Of a stretch of DNA of 64,000 nt, positions 11,636-25,412 are shown piece by piece (the stretch's first letter is position 1; every line of letters begins with the position of its first letter). Under the pieces are notes generated by a model, which was not told where the DNA came from, searched no databases, and saw nothing but the letters and a program-made list of their open reading frames with translations. The position numbers and the translations under genes are program-made. Location: NCBI RefSeq assembly GCF_030144855.1, contig NC_082721.1:2418001-2482000 (forward strand). The letters are read 5' to 3'. The stretch comes from Hypanus sabinus. Lineage: Eukaryota.

Positions 11636-13313
11636 CAGTTGCGAGAAAGAGTTTGTGAACCTTTTGCAAATTACCTGGTTTTCTGCACTAATTACTCAAG
11701 GTGTAGTTAATCTTAATCTTTGTCACAATAATAGACAAACACAATCTGCCTAAACTAATAACACACAAACAATTGTACTTCTCATGTATTTTTTGTTTAA
11801 TAATTCACAGTCCAGGCTGGAAAAAGTAGGAACCCTTGTATTTAATAACTGGTGTTTTGGTTGTCCGTCAGACAGTTACTTGGAACCACAGGTGACAGCT
11901 GGGTGGCAAGTGGGGACCAAAGGTGTATGAACTGCCTCTGGCAGAGCATGACAGAGGTGCGACCCCTCTCTGGACACCACATACATCGCTGGTAGCACCT
12001 CCTTTAGCAGGAATAACCTCCATCAAACATCCCCTGTAGCTGCTGATCAGCCTTGTAAAACTCCAAGAGGGAATTTTGGGCCATTCCTCCATACAAAACT
12101 GTTTCAGTTCATCAGTAGTCCTGGGATACTTTGCATAACCAGCCCTATTCAGGTCATGCCACAGCACCTCAATTAGGCCTGACTTGGCCATTCCAAAACA
12201 TGAATTTTCTTCTTCTTAAACCATTCTGTTAACTCTTGTGTTTCGGATTATTGCCTTGTTGCAACATCCAACTTCTATTAAACTTATGGTGATGGACCGC
12301 TACCCTGACATTCTCCTGTAAAATGTCTGATATAATTTTGAATTCATTGTTCCCTCAACAACTGCAAGTTCTCCAGGCTCTGAGGCAGCAAAGCAGCCCC
12401 AAACTATAATGCTCCTTCTACCATGTTTCACAGTTGAGATGAGGTTTTGGTGTTAGTGTGCAGTGTCCTTTTTCCCCCAAACATAGTAGTGTGCATTTCT
12501 GCCAAAAAGTTCATCTTTAATCTCATCTGTCCACAGAACATTATCCCAGAAGACTGTGGAACATCCAGGTGGTCTTTTGCAAACTTAGGACATGTAGCAA
12601 TTTTTTTTGGACATCAGTGGTTTTGTCCATGGTGCCCTTCCAAGAAAACCATTCTTGTGTGGACACTTGAACAGAGACTTTCGCAAGTTCTAGAGATTTC
12701 TGCAGATTTTTTGGTGTTACCCTTGGGTTCTTTTTAAGTCCTCCAGCATTGCACATCATGTTCTTGGTGTTATCTTGGCAGAATGCCCATTCCAAGAGAG
12801 TAGCAACAGCATTAAGTTTCCTCCACTTGGAGACAATTTCTCTTAATGTGGACTGATGAACAGTCAGGCCTTTAGAAATGCTTTTGTAGCTTTTTCCAGC
12901 TTGATGCATCTCTACAATTCTTCTTCTGAGGTTCTCTGTTTTGATCGAGGCATGGTGCACATAAACAGATCTTTCTTGAGAAGAGCAGGCTCTGTCAGTA
13001 ACCAGACTGTGTATGTCTTTTTTATAGGACAGGGCACCTCCAATCTTATCTCATTGATTGGAACACTTGACTCCAAATAGCTCCTGTAGAAGACTTTACC
13101 CCAGAGGTTCATGTACTTTTTGAACCCAGACTGTAATTGTTTAATTGGTGTACTCAGTATTGACAAGTATTACAATTGATTGTGTGTTATTAGTTTAGGC
13201 AGATTGTGTTTGTCTATTATTGTGACTTAGATGAAATCAGCCCATATTTTATGTATAATTAATGCAGAAAACCAGGTAATTGCAAAGGGTTCACAAACTT
13301 TTTCTTGCAACTG
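11636..13313 (-). mobile_element. Tc1-like DNA transposon with long inverted repeats and a pseudogenised transposase
   Basis: TA|CAGTTGCGAGAAAGAGTTTGTGAACC ... GGTTCACAAACTTTTTCTTGCAACTG|TA. Minus-strand fragments: MPRSK..., LRRRIVEMHQAGKSYKSISK (HTH) and IEVLWHDL...ELKQFCMEEWPKIP...AKGGAT (C-terminus). Frameshifts and stops present. Confidence 0.9.
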
Positions 13314-13374
13314 TATCTGGAGTGTTAGATGCTGCACAGTCACCTGATAGAAGCACATAAGATTATGAGAGTCA

Positions 13375-14045
13375 TTGGAGAAGGTTGACAAGAATTATTC
13401 CAGGAATGAAAAGGTTAACATCTGAAGAGCATTTGATGTCTTTGGGCCTGTACTCACTGGAGTTTAGAAGAATGAGGAGGAGATCTCATTGAAACCTGTC
13501 GAATATTGAAAGGCTTCAACAATATAGACCATAGAACTATAGAACCATAGAACATTACAGAACAGAAACAGGCCTTTTGGCCCTTCTTGGCTGTGCTGAA
13601 CCATTTCTCTGCCTAGTCCCACTGACCTGCACCTGGACCAAATCCCTCCATACACCTCTCATCCATGTACCTGTCCAAGTTTGTTAAAAGTGAGCCTGCA
13701 TTTACCACTTCATCTTCATGGAAAGGATGTTTCTTATAGTGAGGGAATCTAGGACCAGAAGCACAGCCTCAGGATAAAAGGACACCCATTTAGAATAGAG
13801 ATGATGAGGAATTTCTTTAGCCAGAAGGTGATGAATCTGTGGAATTCATTGTCACAGGTGGCTGTGGAGACCAAGTCATTGGGTGTATTTAAAGTAGATC
13901 TTGATATATTCTTGATTAGTCAGGGCTTCAAAGGTTACAGGGAAAAGGCAAGGGAATGGGGTTGAGAGGGATAAGTCAGCCATGATGGAATGCTGGAGCA
14001 GACTTGATGGGCAGAATGGCCTAATTCTGCTCCTATGTCTTATGG
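13375..14045 (+). mobile_element. CR1 LINE 3' fragment containing a nested inverted CR1 tail
   Basis: CR1 3' ORF/UTR motifs ending ...GGCCTAATTCTGCTCCTATGTCTTATGG; an inverted tail (AGAACCATAGAAC...) sits at about 13530-13710. Confidence 0.7.
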
Positions 14046-14549
14046 CATAATGCTCTTTTTTAGAGGGAGATGTCAAATATTGGAGTGCAGAGGTTCCACA
14101 TGTGTGGGAAAATGTTCAAGGAAGGTACAGGAGGAACGTTTAAGGAAGATGTTAAGGGGGAAGTTTTTTTGTCTTTCCAAAGACATATAGGGTTAGTAAA
14201 TTGTGGGCATGCTATATTGATGCTGGATGTGTGGCAACACTTATGGGTGGCTCCCAGCACATGCTCAGATAGTGTACACTGTTGACACAAAACAATACAT
14301 TTCACTGTACATGTTACAAGGAAAGCTGATCTTTCTTTAAATCTTTGATTCTATAACATTAACCAACAGTCCAAATCACTACAACTAACATTAAAATCTA
14401 CAAAGCATTTGCTGAACGAACCTCACAGACCCAGCAAACAGGATCACATAGTGATGAGTCTGTGCACAGTGGTGGCAGGCTAGTTAAAAGGGACTGGTAT
14501 CTATCAGCTGGCAAGTTTAATGCCAGGCATGATAGTGGATATATTTCAT

Positions 14550-15035
14550 TAGGAGACTGAGGAGACTAGGTATGTCCCCAAAGGCTCTCACAAAATTCTA
14601 CAGATATACCATGGAGAGCATTCTAACTGGTTACATTACTGTTTGATATGGAGGGGACACTGCACAGGATCAGAAGAAGCTGCAGAATGTTGAAAACTCA
14701 GCCAGCTCCATCATGGAGCCTCCCCAGCATCGACCTCTTCAAAAGGCAATGCCTCAAAAGGGCGGCATCTGTCATTAAAGATGCTATCACCCAGGATGTG
14801 CTCTGTTCTCATTGCTACCATCAAGGAGGAGGAACAGGAGCATGAAGACACACACTCAACATTCTAGGAACAGCCTGTTCTCCTCTGTCAGATTTCTGAA
14901 TAGACAATGATCCCATACACACGACCTCACTACTTATCCTTCCTCTCTTTTTGCACTACTTATTTAAATTCTTTTTGATGTACCTAATGTAATTGTTTTT
15001 TTTATTAAGTATTGCAACTGCACTGCTGCCGAAAA
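14550..15035 (+). mobile_element. Rex1/Babar- or L2-type LINE 3' fragment
   Basis: GAGAGCATTCTAACTGG...CCATCAAGGAGGAGG...AACAGC, a motif repeated many times in this window. Confidence 0.55.
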
Positions 15036-15044
15036 AACAAGAGT

Positions 15045-16830
15045 CATAGAGAAATACAGCACAGAAACAGGCTTCTTGGCTATCTAGACCATGTTAAAAC
15101 CATTTAAACTGCCTACTCCCAATGACCTGTACCGGGGCCAAAGCCCTCCATACCCCTACCATCCATGTATCTATCCAAACTTCTCTTAAACGTTGAAATC
15201 AAGCTCGCATGGACCACTTGTGCTGGCAGCTCATTTCACTCTCACGACCCTCTGAGTGAAGAAGTTTCCCCTCATGACCCCCATAAACTTCTCACCTTGT
15301 ACACTTAAGCCATGACCTCTCATTGTAGTTCCACAATTTATGTACCTATATTCCCAGATCCTTTTGTTTTACCACACTCCTCAGTGCCCGACTGTTCGCT
15401 GTGTTAGTCCTACCCTGGTTGGTCCTAATGAAGTGCAAAACCTCACATTTGTCTGCAATAAATTCCACCTGCCACTAACTATTCAGCCCATTTTTACCAG
15501 CTGGTCCAGATCCCTCTGCAAGCCATGATAGTCTTCCTCACTGTCCACTACACCCTCAATTTTGGTGCCATCTGCAAATTTGCTGATCCAGTTAACTATC
15601 ATCCAGATCACTGAAATAAATAACAAACAACAAAGGATCCAGCATCGATCCCTGGGGCAAGCCACTACTCACAGGCCTCCAGTCAGAGAGGCAACCGTCT
15701 ACTATCACCTTCTGGCTTCTCCCACGAAGCCAGTGTCTAATCCAGTTTACCACCTCATCTTGAATGCTGAACAACTGAACCTTCCTGACCAGTCTCCCAT
15801 GCAGGACCTTGTCAAATGCCTTGCTAAAGCCCATATAGACAACATCCACTGTTTTGCCTTCATCCACTTTCCTGGTAACTTCCTCAATAATCTCTATATT
15901 GATTGGATAGATGCGACCTACCACACACAAGGCCATGCTGGCTACCCTTAATCTGTCCAGTACTATCAAAACACTTATGTATCCTGTCCTTTAGAATACC
16001 TTCCAATAACTTTCCTACAACTGATGTCAGATCCACCAGCCTATAATTTCCTGGTTTCTGTTTCAAGCCTTTTTTAAACAGCGGAATAACGTTGGCTATC
16101 CTCCAACCCTCTGGTAACTCTCCTGTCGCCAAGGATGTTTTAAGTATTTCTGCTAGGGCCCTGGCAATTCCTTCAAGCCTCCCGTAGGGTCCGAGGGAAT
16201 ACCTTGTCAGGTCCACCCTGATTTGTCTCAGTGTAGCAAACACCTCCTCCTCTGCAATCCAGTGTTCATGAAATTGATGCTGCTTTGCCTTACTTCTACT
16301 GACTCTGTATCCATCTCCCAAGTAAATACAAATGTAAAGAATGCATTTAAGATCTCCCCCATCTGTTTTGGCTCTACACATTGATTAAGATTCTGGTCTT
16401 CCAGAGAACCAATTTTGTCCCTAACAATCCTTTTGCTCTCAACATACCTGTAGACCCCTTAGGATTCTCCTTCACCATATCCACTAGAGCAACTTTATGC
16501 CTTCTTTTAGCCTTCTTGATTTCTTTCTTAAGTGCTCTCTTTTACTTCTTGTACTCTATAAGCACCTTATTTGTTCCTCTTGGCTATTCACTTCCTTTTT
16601 TCTCTTAACCAGGGACTCAATATCTCTTGAAAACCAAGGTTCTCTACACTTGTTATGTTTACCTTTTATTCTGACAGGCACATACAAGCTTTGTACTCTC
16701 AAAATTTCATTTTTGAAGGCCTCCCATTTATTAAGTACACCTATGCCAGAAAACATCCTGTCCCAATCCACACTTTCGTGATCATTTCTGATACCATCAA
16801 AATTGGCCTTTCTCCAATTTAGAATCCAGA
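15045..16830 (-). mobile_element. CR1 LINE ORF2 fragment
   Basis: WRIANVIPLFKKG...PGNYR; VDVVYMGFSKAFDKV.H; SGLPQGS.L.PLLF; KFADGTKI. Frameshifted. Confidence 0.9.
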
Positions 16831-17102
16831 CCAGTCTCTCTGCAGATTTACTTTGAAACTAATGACATATGCCAGTGATATTAAAATTGATTCTATGGTC
16901 ACACACAAGAGAGAATCTGCAGATGATAGATATCCAAGCAACACACAAAATACTGAAGTGTCTTGGCCTGAAACATCAACTGTACTCTTTTCCATAGATG
17001 CTACCCAGCCTGCTGAGTTCCTCCAGCATTTTGTGTGGGTAGCTCTGATTCTAAGGTGTTAGGTGACTGCAAGAGAGAAACTCGAAGTACGGTGTTAAAG
17101 GA

Positions 17103-17108
17103 TTTAAT
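17103..17108 (-). terminator. Candidate ARMC6 polyadenylation signal (ATTAAA)
   Basis: ATTAAA on the minus strand about 450 nt after the stop, at the edge of unique sequence. Confidence 0.5.
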
Positions 17109-17558
17109 AGACACACATGAAAGGAAGTTATCTTGAAACATTTCAATTCTTCAAACATTTTCCACTCTGCTACTGTACCTCCACGGACAGCACAGTGCAG
17201 GTGGGTCACAAAGCAATGGAATATCCAAAGTACATTACCTGCTGCACTGAGGGAACATTCAGATGTGCTAACTTTCAGTAGAAATTGTAGGGTGAAATGC
17301 CTCCTCGTCGTGTGTTCTTCTATCTCTCTGCCTTTCTTCAGTGGAGTCTAGGGTAAGGGGACGTGGGGGAGTGGAGGCTGTTCAAATTTTAACTCATTGT
17401 AATGATGCAATCACCCCAGAGATGCCCTAGTTTAACTCAACCACATCTCAGATGGTCAGCGAGAAGTGTTGACTAAACCAGCAATGAATATCTGAGCTGG
17501 AGTTGTATTGCCAGGGGGTTAATGTCTTGGCCGATTCCAGTGTGATCTCTGGGAGAGA

Positions 17559-17771
17559 TTAACGGGAGATGTCACCTTTCTGTCCCGTCCAGAGCTCCCG
17601 AAGCTCCAAGCTGCAGCCCAGATCTCTCAGGGCAGCTTTGGCCAGGTCCTCACAGTCCTGGTGCGTAGCCTTGGCATGTCGTATCAGCACCTCTGCTCCC
17701 ATCTCAAGGATCGACTGCGAAAAGTCAGGCTTCCGTGCCACCAGGTTCCGCAGCAGCATGCAAGCCTGCTT
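17559..17771 (-). CDS. ARMC6: Armadillo repeat-containing protein 6, final coding exon (7)
   Basis: tttgcag|AAG; [13 protein letters not shown]...[27 protein letters not shown] matches the ARMC6 C-terminus. Confidence 0.95.
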   Translation of the reverse strand, partial: KQACMLLRNLVARKPDFSQSILEMGAEVLIRHAKATHQDCEDLAKAALRDLGCSLELRELWTGQKGDISR

Positions 17772-18567
17772 CTGCAAAGAGGACAGGTTAGTCAATCTCA
17801 ATGCTGCTTCCAGAATGGAGTCCTCCAACACTCCTGCACACTGTGCATTCAACAGCCCCATTCTCTCCAATGCCAGCAACAAACACCCCTAACAATATTC
17901 TCCCAATAAGATACAGAAAATGCTGGAGCAACTCAGCAAGTCAAGCAGCATCTACGGATGGGAATAAACTGTCAATGCTTTGAGCTAAGACCCATCATTA
18001 GAACTGAAAAGTTGACTGTTTATTCCTCTCCGTAGATGCTGCCTGACTGGCTAAGTTCCTTCAGCATTTCTGTGTGTTGCTGTGGATATCCAGAATCTTT
18101 TGTATTTATAATGCTCTCCTACTCAATTATCCACGCCTTAAATCTCACACCTCCCAATTACATTCTCCCTCTAACCACCAACGTCCCTTCATTCCCTCAT
18201 CAGGACCACCAGACTCAAAAAAGTTACTTTCCCCAAGCAATAAGGCTGATCAACACCTCCACCCACTAACCACCACTCCACACCCCCACACCACCACTAC
18301 TTAATCATTTCCTGTTAGTCATCTTATGGACACACACTCCTGTGCTTAGCATCACTTTTATGGACATAAAATCCATAAAAGTGGACATAAAATCAATATA
18401 TCTGTATAAGCTATATAAAGTACTTACAATATATTCATTTTTAACTATTATTCTATTCTTAATTTATTGTGTTATTTTGTGCTGCATTGTATCTGGAGTA
18501 ACAATTATTTTGTTCTCTTTACACTTATGTACTAGAAATGACATTAAACAATCTTAAATCTCCTCAC

Positions 18568-18705
18568 CTGCACGTTTACTTCAGCTGGGTGGGACTTCAT
18601 CGCCTGCAGTGTCAAAAATGCACCCCCAGCCTCCATGATCACCCGGCAATTCTCCGGCTTCCGCAGAGCAAGCATGCTCAAGGCTGCACAGCCCTGCTCA
18701 CAGAC
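18568..18705 (-). CDS. ARMC6: ARMC6 coding exon 6
   Basis: atacag|[29 protein letters not shown]...VQ|gtgagg; phase 0/0. Confidence 0.95.
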
Positions 18706-19939
18706 CTGTATAAAAAGAAGAAAGAGTGAGTGACAAGATCTCATCTCCTTTGCCAGGGTAGCAATGCAAACCACAGCATGGATTTCAACTCAAATCTTGC
18801 TCCTTCCAACTTTCCAAATCAGCACACAGAAAAATCCATACCAGGGACCTCACATCCATACCAGGGATAGTTGATATCAGATACCAGGGACAGCCAATAT
18901 TAGACACCTTTCACCCATACCAAGGACAGCCAAACCAGAGACCTCACACCCACACCAGGGACAGCAGATAACAGCCTAACAACCCACATACATTTGGGAT
19001 GTGGGAAGAAACTGAAGCAACAGTAGAGGACACAGAACATGCAAAATCCACACAGAAAACGGCAGAGGTCAGGATTGAAAATGTTTGGCTCGAGTGGTGA
19101 GGTACAACTCCACCAGCAGTGTCACTATGCTGGTCTTCATTAGAAAAAGGTGTTTGCCTTTTAAGGAAAATCAAGTGAGGGTTGTAAACTGGAATTAATT
19201 ATCAACTGACTGTGATACCAGCAAGGAAAGCGAATTAATTTGAAAAGCATTACGTAGCTACCAAGGAAGGTGAGATTGGTGGAGATTGTTGGTAGAATGG
19301 TAATTCTAGGAGATGTTTCTACAGTGTATATAATCCTAGGAAAGTTTCTGTGGTGGCGTGCAAATACCTTTCTACCTCAGCATCTTCAGAAATTACTTAT
19401 TAAACTATATGGCCCATAATATGCAGTCCACGATTAGAATATAGACCACTTCAAACCAGAACCAGCTCCTTGACCCACGATGTAGTGACAACCCTTTAAC
19501 ATACTCCAAGATCAATCCGCTTACACGGTGGCCAGTGCCCCCTCCACCAGCCCTCTACAGTTTGAGGGAGCAGGGACACAGGTCATAAGAGCAATGTGAA
19601 AGTGAATTCATAGACCTTGGAAAAATGTCAAAGACCAATGAGGAATGTCACAGTCAATAGTAATGGAGTATTAACAGGATTTAAAAATATGCAGCTTAAT
19701 GTAAAATAAATCAGAAAAGCTAAAGCTTTGCCTGAATTTACTGATTACACAGGAGTGAAGAAAGATGAAATTTCAGCATAGCTCATTACTGCCACCCATT
19801 GTTCACAGAGGGTAAGCTCATGTTAACATAAGAGACCCCACCAGTGTGGTTGGTTACTCCTTGAACTGAACTTTCACTGGAGGAAACGTGGCATTAACTG
19901 TGACATAATAATTCTGTTTATTGCTGGACAAGTTTTAAC

Positions 19940-19941
<2 letters not shown>

Positions 19942-19975
<34 letters not shown>
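19942..19975. repeat. (GA)n microsatellite
   Basis: Direct reading. Confidence 0.95.
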
Positions 19976-19979
<4 letters not shown>

Positions 19980-20049
19980 TTATTTATTTATTTATTCTTC
20001 TATATTATGCATTGCATTGAACTGCTGCTGCTAAGTTAACAAATTTCAG

Positions 20050-21465
20050 GACACATCAGAATCAGGTTTATTATCACCAGCATGTGACATATTTGTTAAC
20101 TTAGCAGCAGCAGTTCAATGCAGAGCATAATATTGAAGAAAAAAAATAGAATAAAAATAATAATAAATAAACAAGTATATCAATTACGTATATTAAATAG
20201 ATTTTAAAACATGCAAAAACAGAAATACTATACATTTAAAAAAAGTGAGATAGTGTCCAAAGATTCAGTGTCCATTTAGGAATCAGATGGCAGAGGAGAA
20301 GAAGCTGTTCCTGAATCGCTGAGTGTGTGCCTTCAGGCTTCTGTGCCTCCTACCTGAAGGTCACAGTGAGAAAAGGGTATGCCCTGGGTGCTGGGGGTCC
20401 TTAATAATGGACGCTGCCTTTCTGAAACACCACTCCCTGAAGATGTCCTGGGTACTTTGTAGGCTAGTACCCAAGATGGAACTCACTAGATTTACAACTT
20501 TCTGCAGCTTCTTTCAGTCCTGTGCAGTAGCCCCTCCATACCAGACAGTGATGCTTTCAGTCCTGTGCAGTAGCCCCTCCATACCAGACAGTGATGCAGT
20601 CTGTCAGAATGCTCTCCACCGTACACCTATACAAGTTTTTGAGTGTACTTGTTGACATGCCAATCTCTTCAAACTCCTAATGAAGTATAGCCGCTGTCTT
20701 GCCTTCTTTCTAACTACATCCATAATGTTGAACCAGGTTAGAAACACAGATACCTTGACACCTCGGAACTCGAAGCTGCTTACTGTCTCCATTTCTGATC
20801 CCTCTATGAGGATTGGTTTGTGTTCTTCTGTCTTACCCTTCCAGAGTCCACAATCAGCTCTTTAGACTTACTGACATTGAGTGCCAGGTTGTTGCTGTGG
20901 CACCATTCCACTAGTTGACATATCTCATGTCTGTACGCCCTCTTGTCACCACCTGAGATTCTACCAACAATGGTTGTATCGTCAGCAAATTTATAGATGG
21001 TGTTTGAGCTATCCCTAGCCACACAGTCATGTGTATACAGAGAGTAGAGCAGTGGGCTAAGCACACACCCCTGAGGTGCACCAGTGTTGATTGTCAGCGA
21101 GGAGGATATGTTACTACCAATCCACACAGATTGTTGTCTTCCTGTGTAGGAAGTCGAGGATCCAATTACAGAGGGAGATACAGAGGCCCAGGTTCTGCAA
21201 CTTCTCAATCAGGATTGTGGGAATGATGGTATTAAATGCTGAGCTGTAGTCGATGAACAGCATCCTGACATAAGTGTTTGTATTGTCCAAGTGGTCTAAA
21301 GCTGTGTAGAGAGCCATTGAGATTGTGTCTGCCGTTGACCTATTGTGACGAAGGGCAAATTGCAATGGGTCCAGGTCCTTGCTGAGGCAGGAGTTCAGTC
21401 TAGTCATGACCAATGTCTCAAAGCAATTCATCACTATAGATGTGAGTGCTATCGGGTGATAGCCA
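20050..21465 (-). mobile_element. Rex1/Babar-like LINE RT fragment to 3' tail, with an internal 43-bp tandem duplication (20511-20596)
   Basis: [15 protein letters not shown]...DPLQFA...[15 protein letters not shown]; GAPQGCVLSPLLYSLYTHDC...KFADDTTIVG. Confidence 0.85.
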
Positions 21466-22648
21466 TTACGGCACATGCCGTTGATAATAAGCCTGATTCT
21501 GATTCTGCATTCTTTTTCCACTGAGGTTGAGTGAGATTGCACTCAATGGATTAAGGATGGAAGATAAAATGTTTAAAGGTAACATGAGGAGAAACTTCTT
21601 CAGTGTCTGGTGAGAGCATGAATGAGTTGCCAGCGCAAGTGGTAACTGCAGTTTCGAGTTCAATGTCTGAGAGAAGTTTGGATGGGTACTTGGAAGGGAA
21701 GGCTATGAACAGCAATGGTCCAGATGCAGAAAAATGGGACTAGGCTATTTAAATGGTTTGGTACTGAATGGATGAGCTGAAGGTCTGTTTCTGTGCTGTA
21801 ATTTTCGATGACTCTGACCTATCTCTGAAAGGTGTGAGGTAAGCTAAAAAATTAAGCCATGCCTCTGTACGACTTTATTTCTTGGAGCATACAAGACTGA
21901 GGGGTGACCTTCAGAATTGTAATAAAATCAAGACAAGTGTAGAAAGGTTGAACTCTGCCACAAATGGTCTCAAACCCGGCTGCAAAAGGAGGAGGATTGG
22001 GCATGGGGCTAGCAATCCCATTCTGTAAAAACCCAGAACTACAGAAATACAAAGACCTCAATCCTGAGAGAGGAAGGATACAAGAAGAAGATGGGCTACA
22101 CCTGGAGACAATGTGGAAGACTGGCCCAGGAAAAAGGACTCTAGCGAGCTACTGTCAGAAGCCTAGAAGAAGAAGATAGGTGGAAGACATAGTCTTTTTC
22201 CCAGGGCACAGATTTAAGGTGAGAGGGGAAAGATTTAAAGAGGACCTGAGGGGCAACTTCTTCACACAGAGGGTGGTAGGAAGACAATGAGCTGCAGGGG
22301 GTGGAAGACAATTACAACATCTAAAAGACAGTTAGATAGGAACACGGACAGGAAAGGTTTAGAGGAAATGCAGGCAAACAGACAACATGGTCAGCATGGA
22401 TGAACTGGGCCGAAGGGTTTGTTTCCTTGCTGTACAACTGAATGACTATGTCACATCAATAAGATTAGCCTGATTAGCATGGCCAAGCGGTAGTTCAACA
22501 CTGTGAGAGATTTGGAAGATTATATATAAATGCTAGAATAATTGTGAGAAATTAATTTCCACACCCCCCCCAAAAATCTTAGCAGAAGAGGCCTGGGCTT
22601 GCTTCCCCTACTGCAACCCCCCAAACTTACACTGTGAAAGTGCAGTAC

Positions 22649-22780
22649 CTGTGGACTTCCCATGTGACGGTTCATCGCCAACATAATCAGGTCCGTTCCT
22701 CCAGCATTGACGATCGCATCCTTAACTTCATCATTACCTGCGATAGCTCGAAATGCACCCAGCACCTGCCTAACCAGCTC
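22649..22780 (-). CDS. ARMC6: ARMC6 coding exon 5
   Basis: ttgcag|[29 protein letters not shown]...SPQ|gtactg. Confidence 0.95.
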
Positions 22781-23074
22781 CTGCAATTTGGGGGGCGGAG
22801 CAGAGAAACAGGAAGGAAAAAACAAAATCAGTCATTGCCATTTCTGCCACAGTGGTGCAGGTCTCATTCGGACAGAGGTTACTATGATAGCCAGCATGAG
22901 CACATTGGGTCTTAGGGGTGCCATGATAGTGTAGCAGTTAAATAAAATGAAACAAAAAAGGTAGGGCCAGTATATTTGCACATGGCCAGACAGATTTACC
23001 AACTTCAAACATGCCAGCATAGCCTGAACAGGAACTCCCTCCAGACACACAAATGGTTAAGCAGCCTCACAGTC

Positions 23075-25412
23075 TCCCAGCTAATCTACTAGAGGATCAG
23101 CTATACTGAACTGGGTGTTATGTAATGACCAAAGGCAGTTAGGAAACTTAAGGTAAAGGAACCCTTCGGAGGCAGTAATCACAATATGATTCAGTTCAAC
23201 TTGAAATCTGACAGGGAGAAAGTAAAGTCTGATGTAGCAGTATTTCAGTGGAGTAAGGGAAATTACAGTGGTATGAGAGAGGGCTGGTCCAAAGTAAACT
23301 GGAAGGAGATGCAGGGAGGGATGACAACAGAGCAGCAATGTCGTGAGTTTCTGGGGAAAATGAGAAAAGTGCAGAACAGATGTATTCCAAAAACAAATAA
23401 ATACTTAAATGTTAAAATAATACAAATAGAAATTCAAAGCTAATGTAAAAGCAAATGAGAAGGCAAACAACAAAGCAAAGATGGAGGATTGGGAAACTTT
23501 TTAAAAGCTACAGAAAACTAAAAGGATCATTAGGAGGGAAAGATGAAATATGAAAGCAAGCTATCAAACAATATCAAGGTGGATACAGAAAGCTTTTTCA
23601 AATATATAAAAAATGAGAGATGAAAGTGGATATAGAACCGCTAGAAAATGAGGCTAGAGAAATAACGGGGACAAGGAGATGGCAGATGAACTAAATTAGT
23701 ATTTTCCATCAGTCTTCACTGTGGAAGACACTAGCAGTGTGTCAGCTGTTGAAAGGTGTGAGGGAAGAGAAATGAGTGCAGTTACTATTACAAGGGAAAA
23801 AAGTGTTCAAAAAGTTGAAAGACCTAAAGATACACAAGTCACCTGAACCAGATGAACTGCACTCAAGAGTTCTGAAAGAGGTAGTGGTAGATATTATGGA
23901 GGCATTAGTAATAATCTTTTAAGAATCATTGGACTCTGGCATGGTTCCAGAGAACTGGAAAATTGCAAATGTCACTCCACTCTTTAAGAAAAGAGGGAGG
24001 CAGCAGAAAGGAAATTATAGACCAGTTAGCCTGACCTCAGTGGTTGGGAAGATGTTTGAGTCAATTGTTAAGGGTGAGTTTATGGAGTACTTGGTGACAC
24101 AGAGCAAGATAGAACAAAGTCAGCATGGTTTCCTTAAGGGAAAATCCTGCCTGATGAACCTGTTGGAATTCTTTGAGGACATTACAAGTAGGATAGATAA
24201 AGGGGATGCAGTGGATGTTGTATATTTGGACTTTCGGAAGGCCGTTGACAAGGTGCCACACGAGGCTCCTTACCAAGTTAAGAGCCCATGGTATTACAGG
24301 AAAGTTATTGGCAAAATTTAGACATTGGCTGATTGGTAGGAGTCATCAAGTAGGAATAAAAGGATCCTTTTCTGGTTGGCTGCCAGTGACTAGTGGTGTT
24401 CCACAGGGGTCGGTGTTGGGACCGCTTCTTTTTATGCTGTATATCAATGAGTTAGATGATTGAATAGATGGCTTTGTTGCCAAGTTTGCTGGTGATACAA
24501 AGATTGGAAGAGGGGCAGGTAGTGTAGAGGAAACAGGTAGGATGCAAAAGGATATAGACAGATTAGGAGAATGGGCAAGAAAGTGGCAAATGAAATACAA
24601 TGTTGGAAAATGCATGGTCATGCACTTTGGTAGTAGAAATAAATGTGCAGATTTTTTTCTAAACGTGGAAAAAATCCAAAAATCTGAGATGCAAAGGGAC
24701 TTGGGAGTCCTTGTGCAGAACACCCACAAGGTTAACTTGCAGGTTGAGCTGGTGGTGAGGAAGACAAATGCAATATTAGCATTCATTTCAAGAGGTCCAG
24801 AATGTAAGAGTAGGGATATGATGCTGAGGCTTTATAAGGCACTGGTGAGGCCTCACCTTGTATTGTGAACAGTTTTGGGCTCCTGATCTAAGAAAAGATG
24901 TGCTGGCATTGGAGAAGGTTCAGAGGAGGTTCACAAGGATGATTCCGAGAATGAAAGGGTTACCATACGAGGAATGTTTAATGGCTCTGGGCCTGTGCTC
25001 GCTGGAATTCAGAAGGATGGGGGGAATCTCACTGAAACCTTTCCAGTGTTGAAAGACCGATACAGCGTAGATGTGGAAAGGATGTTTCCCATGGTGGGGG
25101 AGCTTAGAACAAGAGAGCACAGCCTCAGGATAGAGGGGTGAAAATTTAAAACAGAAATGCGGAGAAATTTCTTTATCCAGAAAGTTATGAATTTGTGGAA
25201 TTTATTACCACAGGCAACTGTGGAGGCCAGGACACTGGGTGTATTTAAGGCTGTGACTCATAGGTTCTTGATGGGCCACTGCATCAAAGGCTACGGGGAG
25301 AAGGCCGGAGAGTTGGGTTGTGAAGGGGGAAAAGAAAGGATCAGCCATGATTGAATGGTGGAGCAGACTCGATGGGCCAAAATGGCCTAATTCTGCTCCT
25401 ATGTCTTATGGT
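23075..25412 (+). mobile_element. Long 5'-truncated CR1 LINE (post-endonuclease region, RT and 3' UTR), decayed
   Basis: WKIANVTPLFKK...NYRPVSLTSVVGK; QHGF..GKSCL.NL; [10 protein letters not shown]; [14 protein letters not shown]; CR1 tail ...GCTCCTATGTCTTATGG. Confidence 0.92.

Noticed and set aside
17772-17882. Extra open frame upstream of the last ARMC6 exon
   Set aside because: Intronic read-through: a good acceptor (tttgcag|AAG) at 17771 matches the homology boundary.
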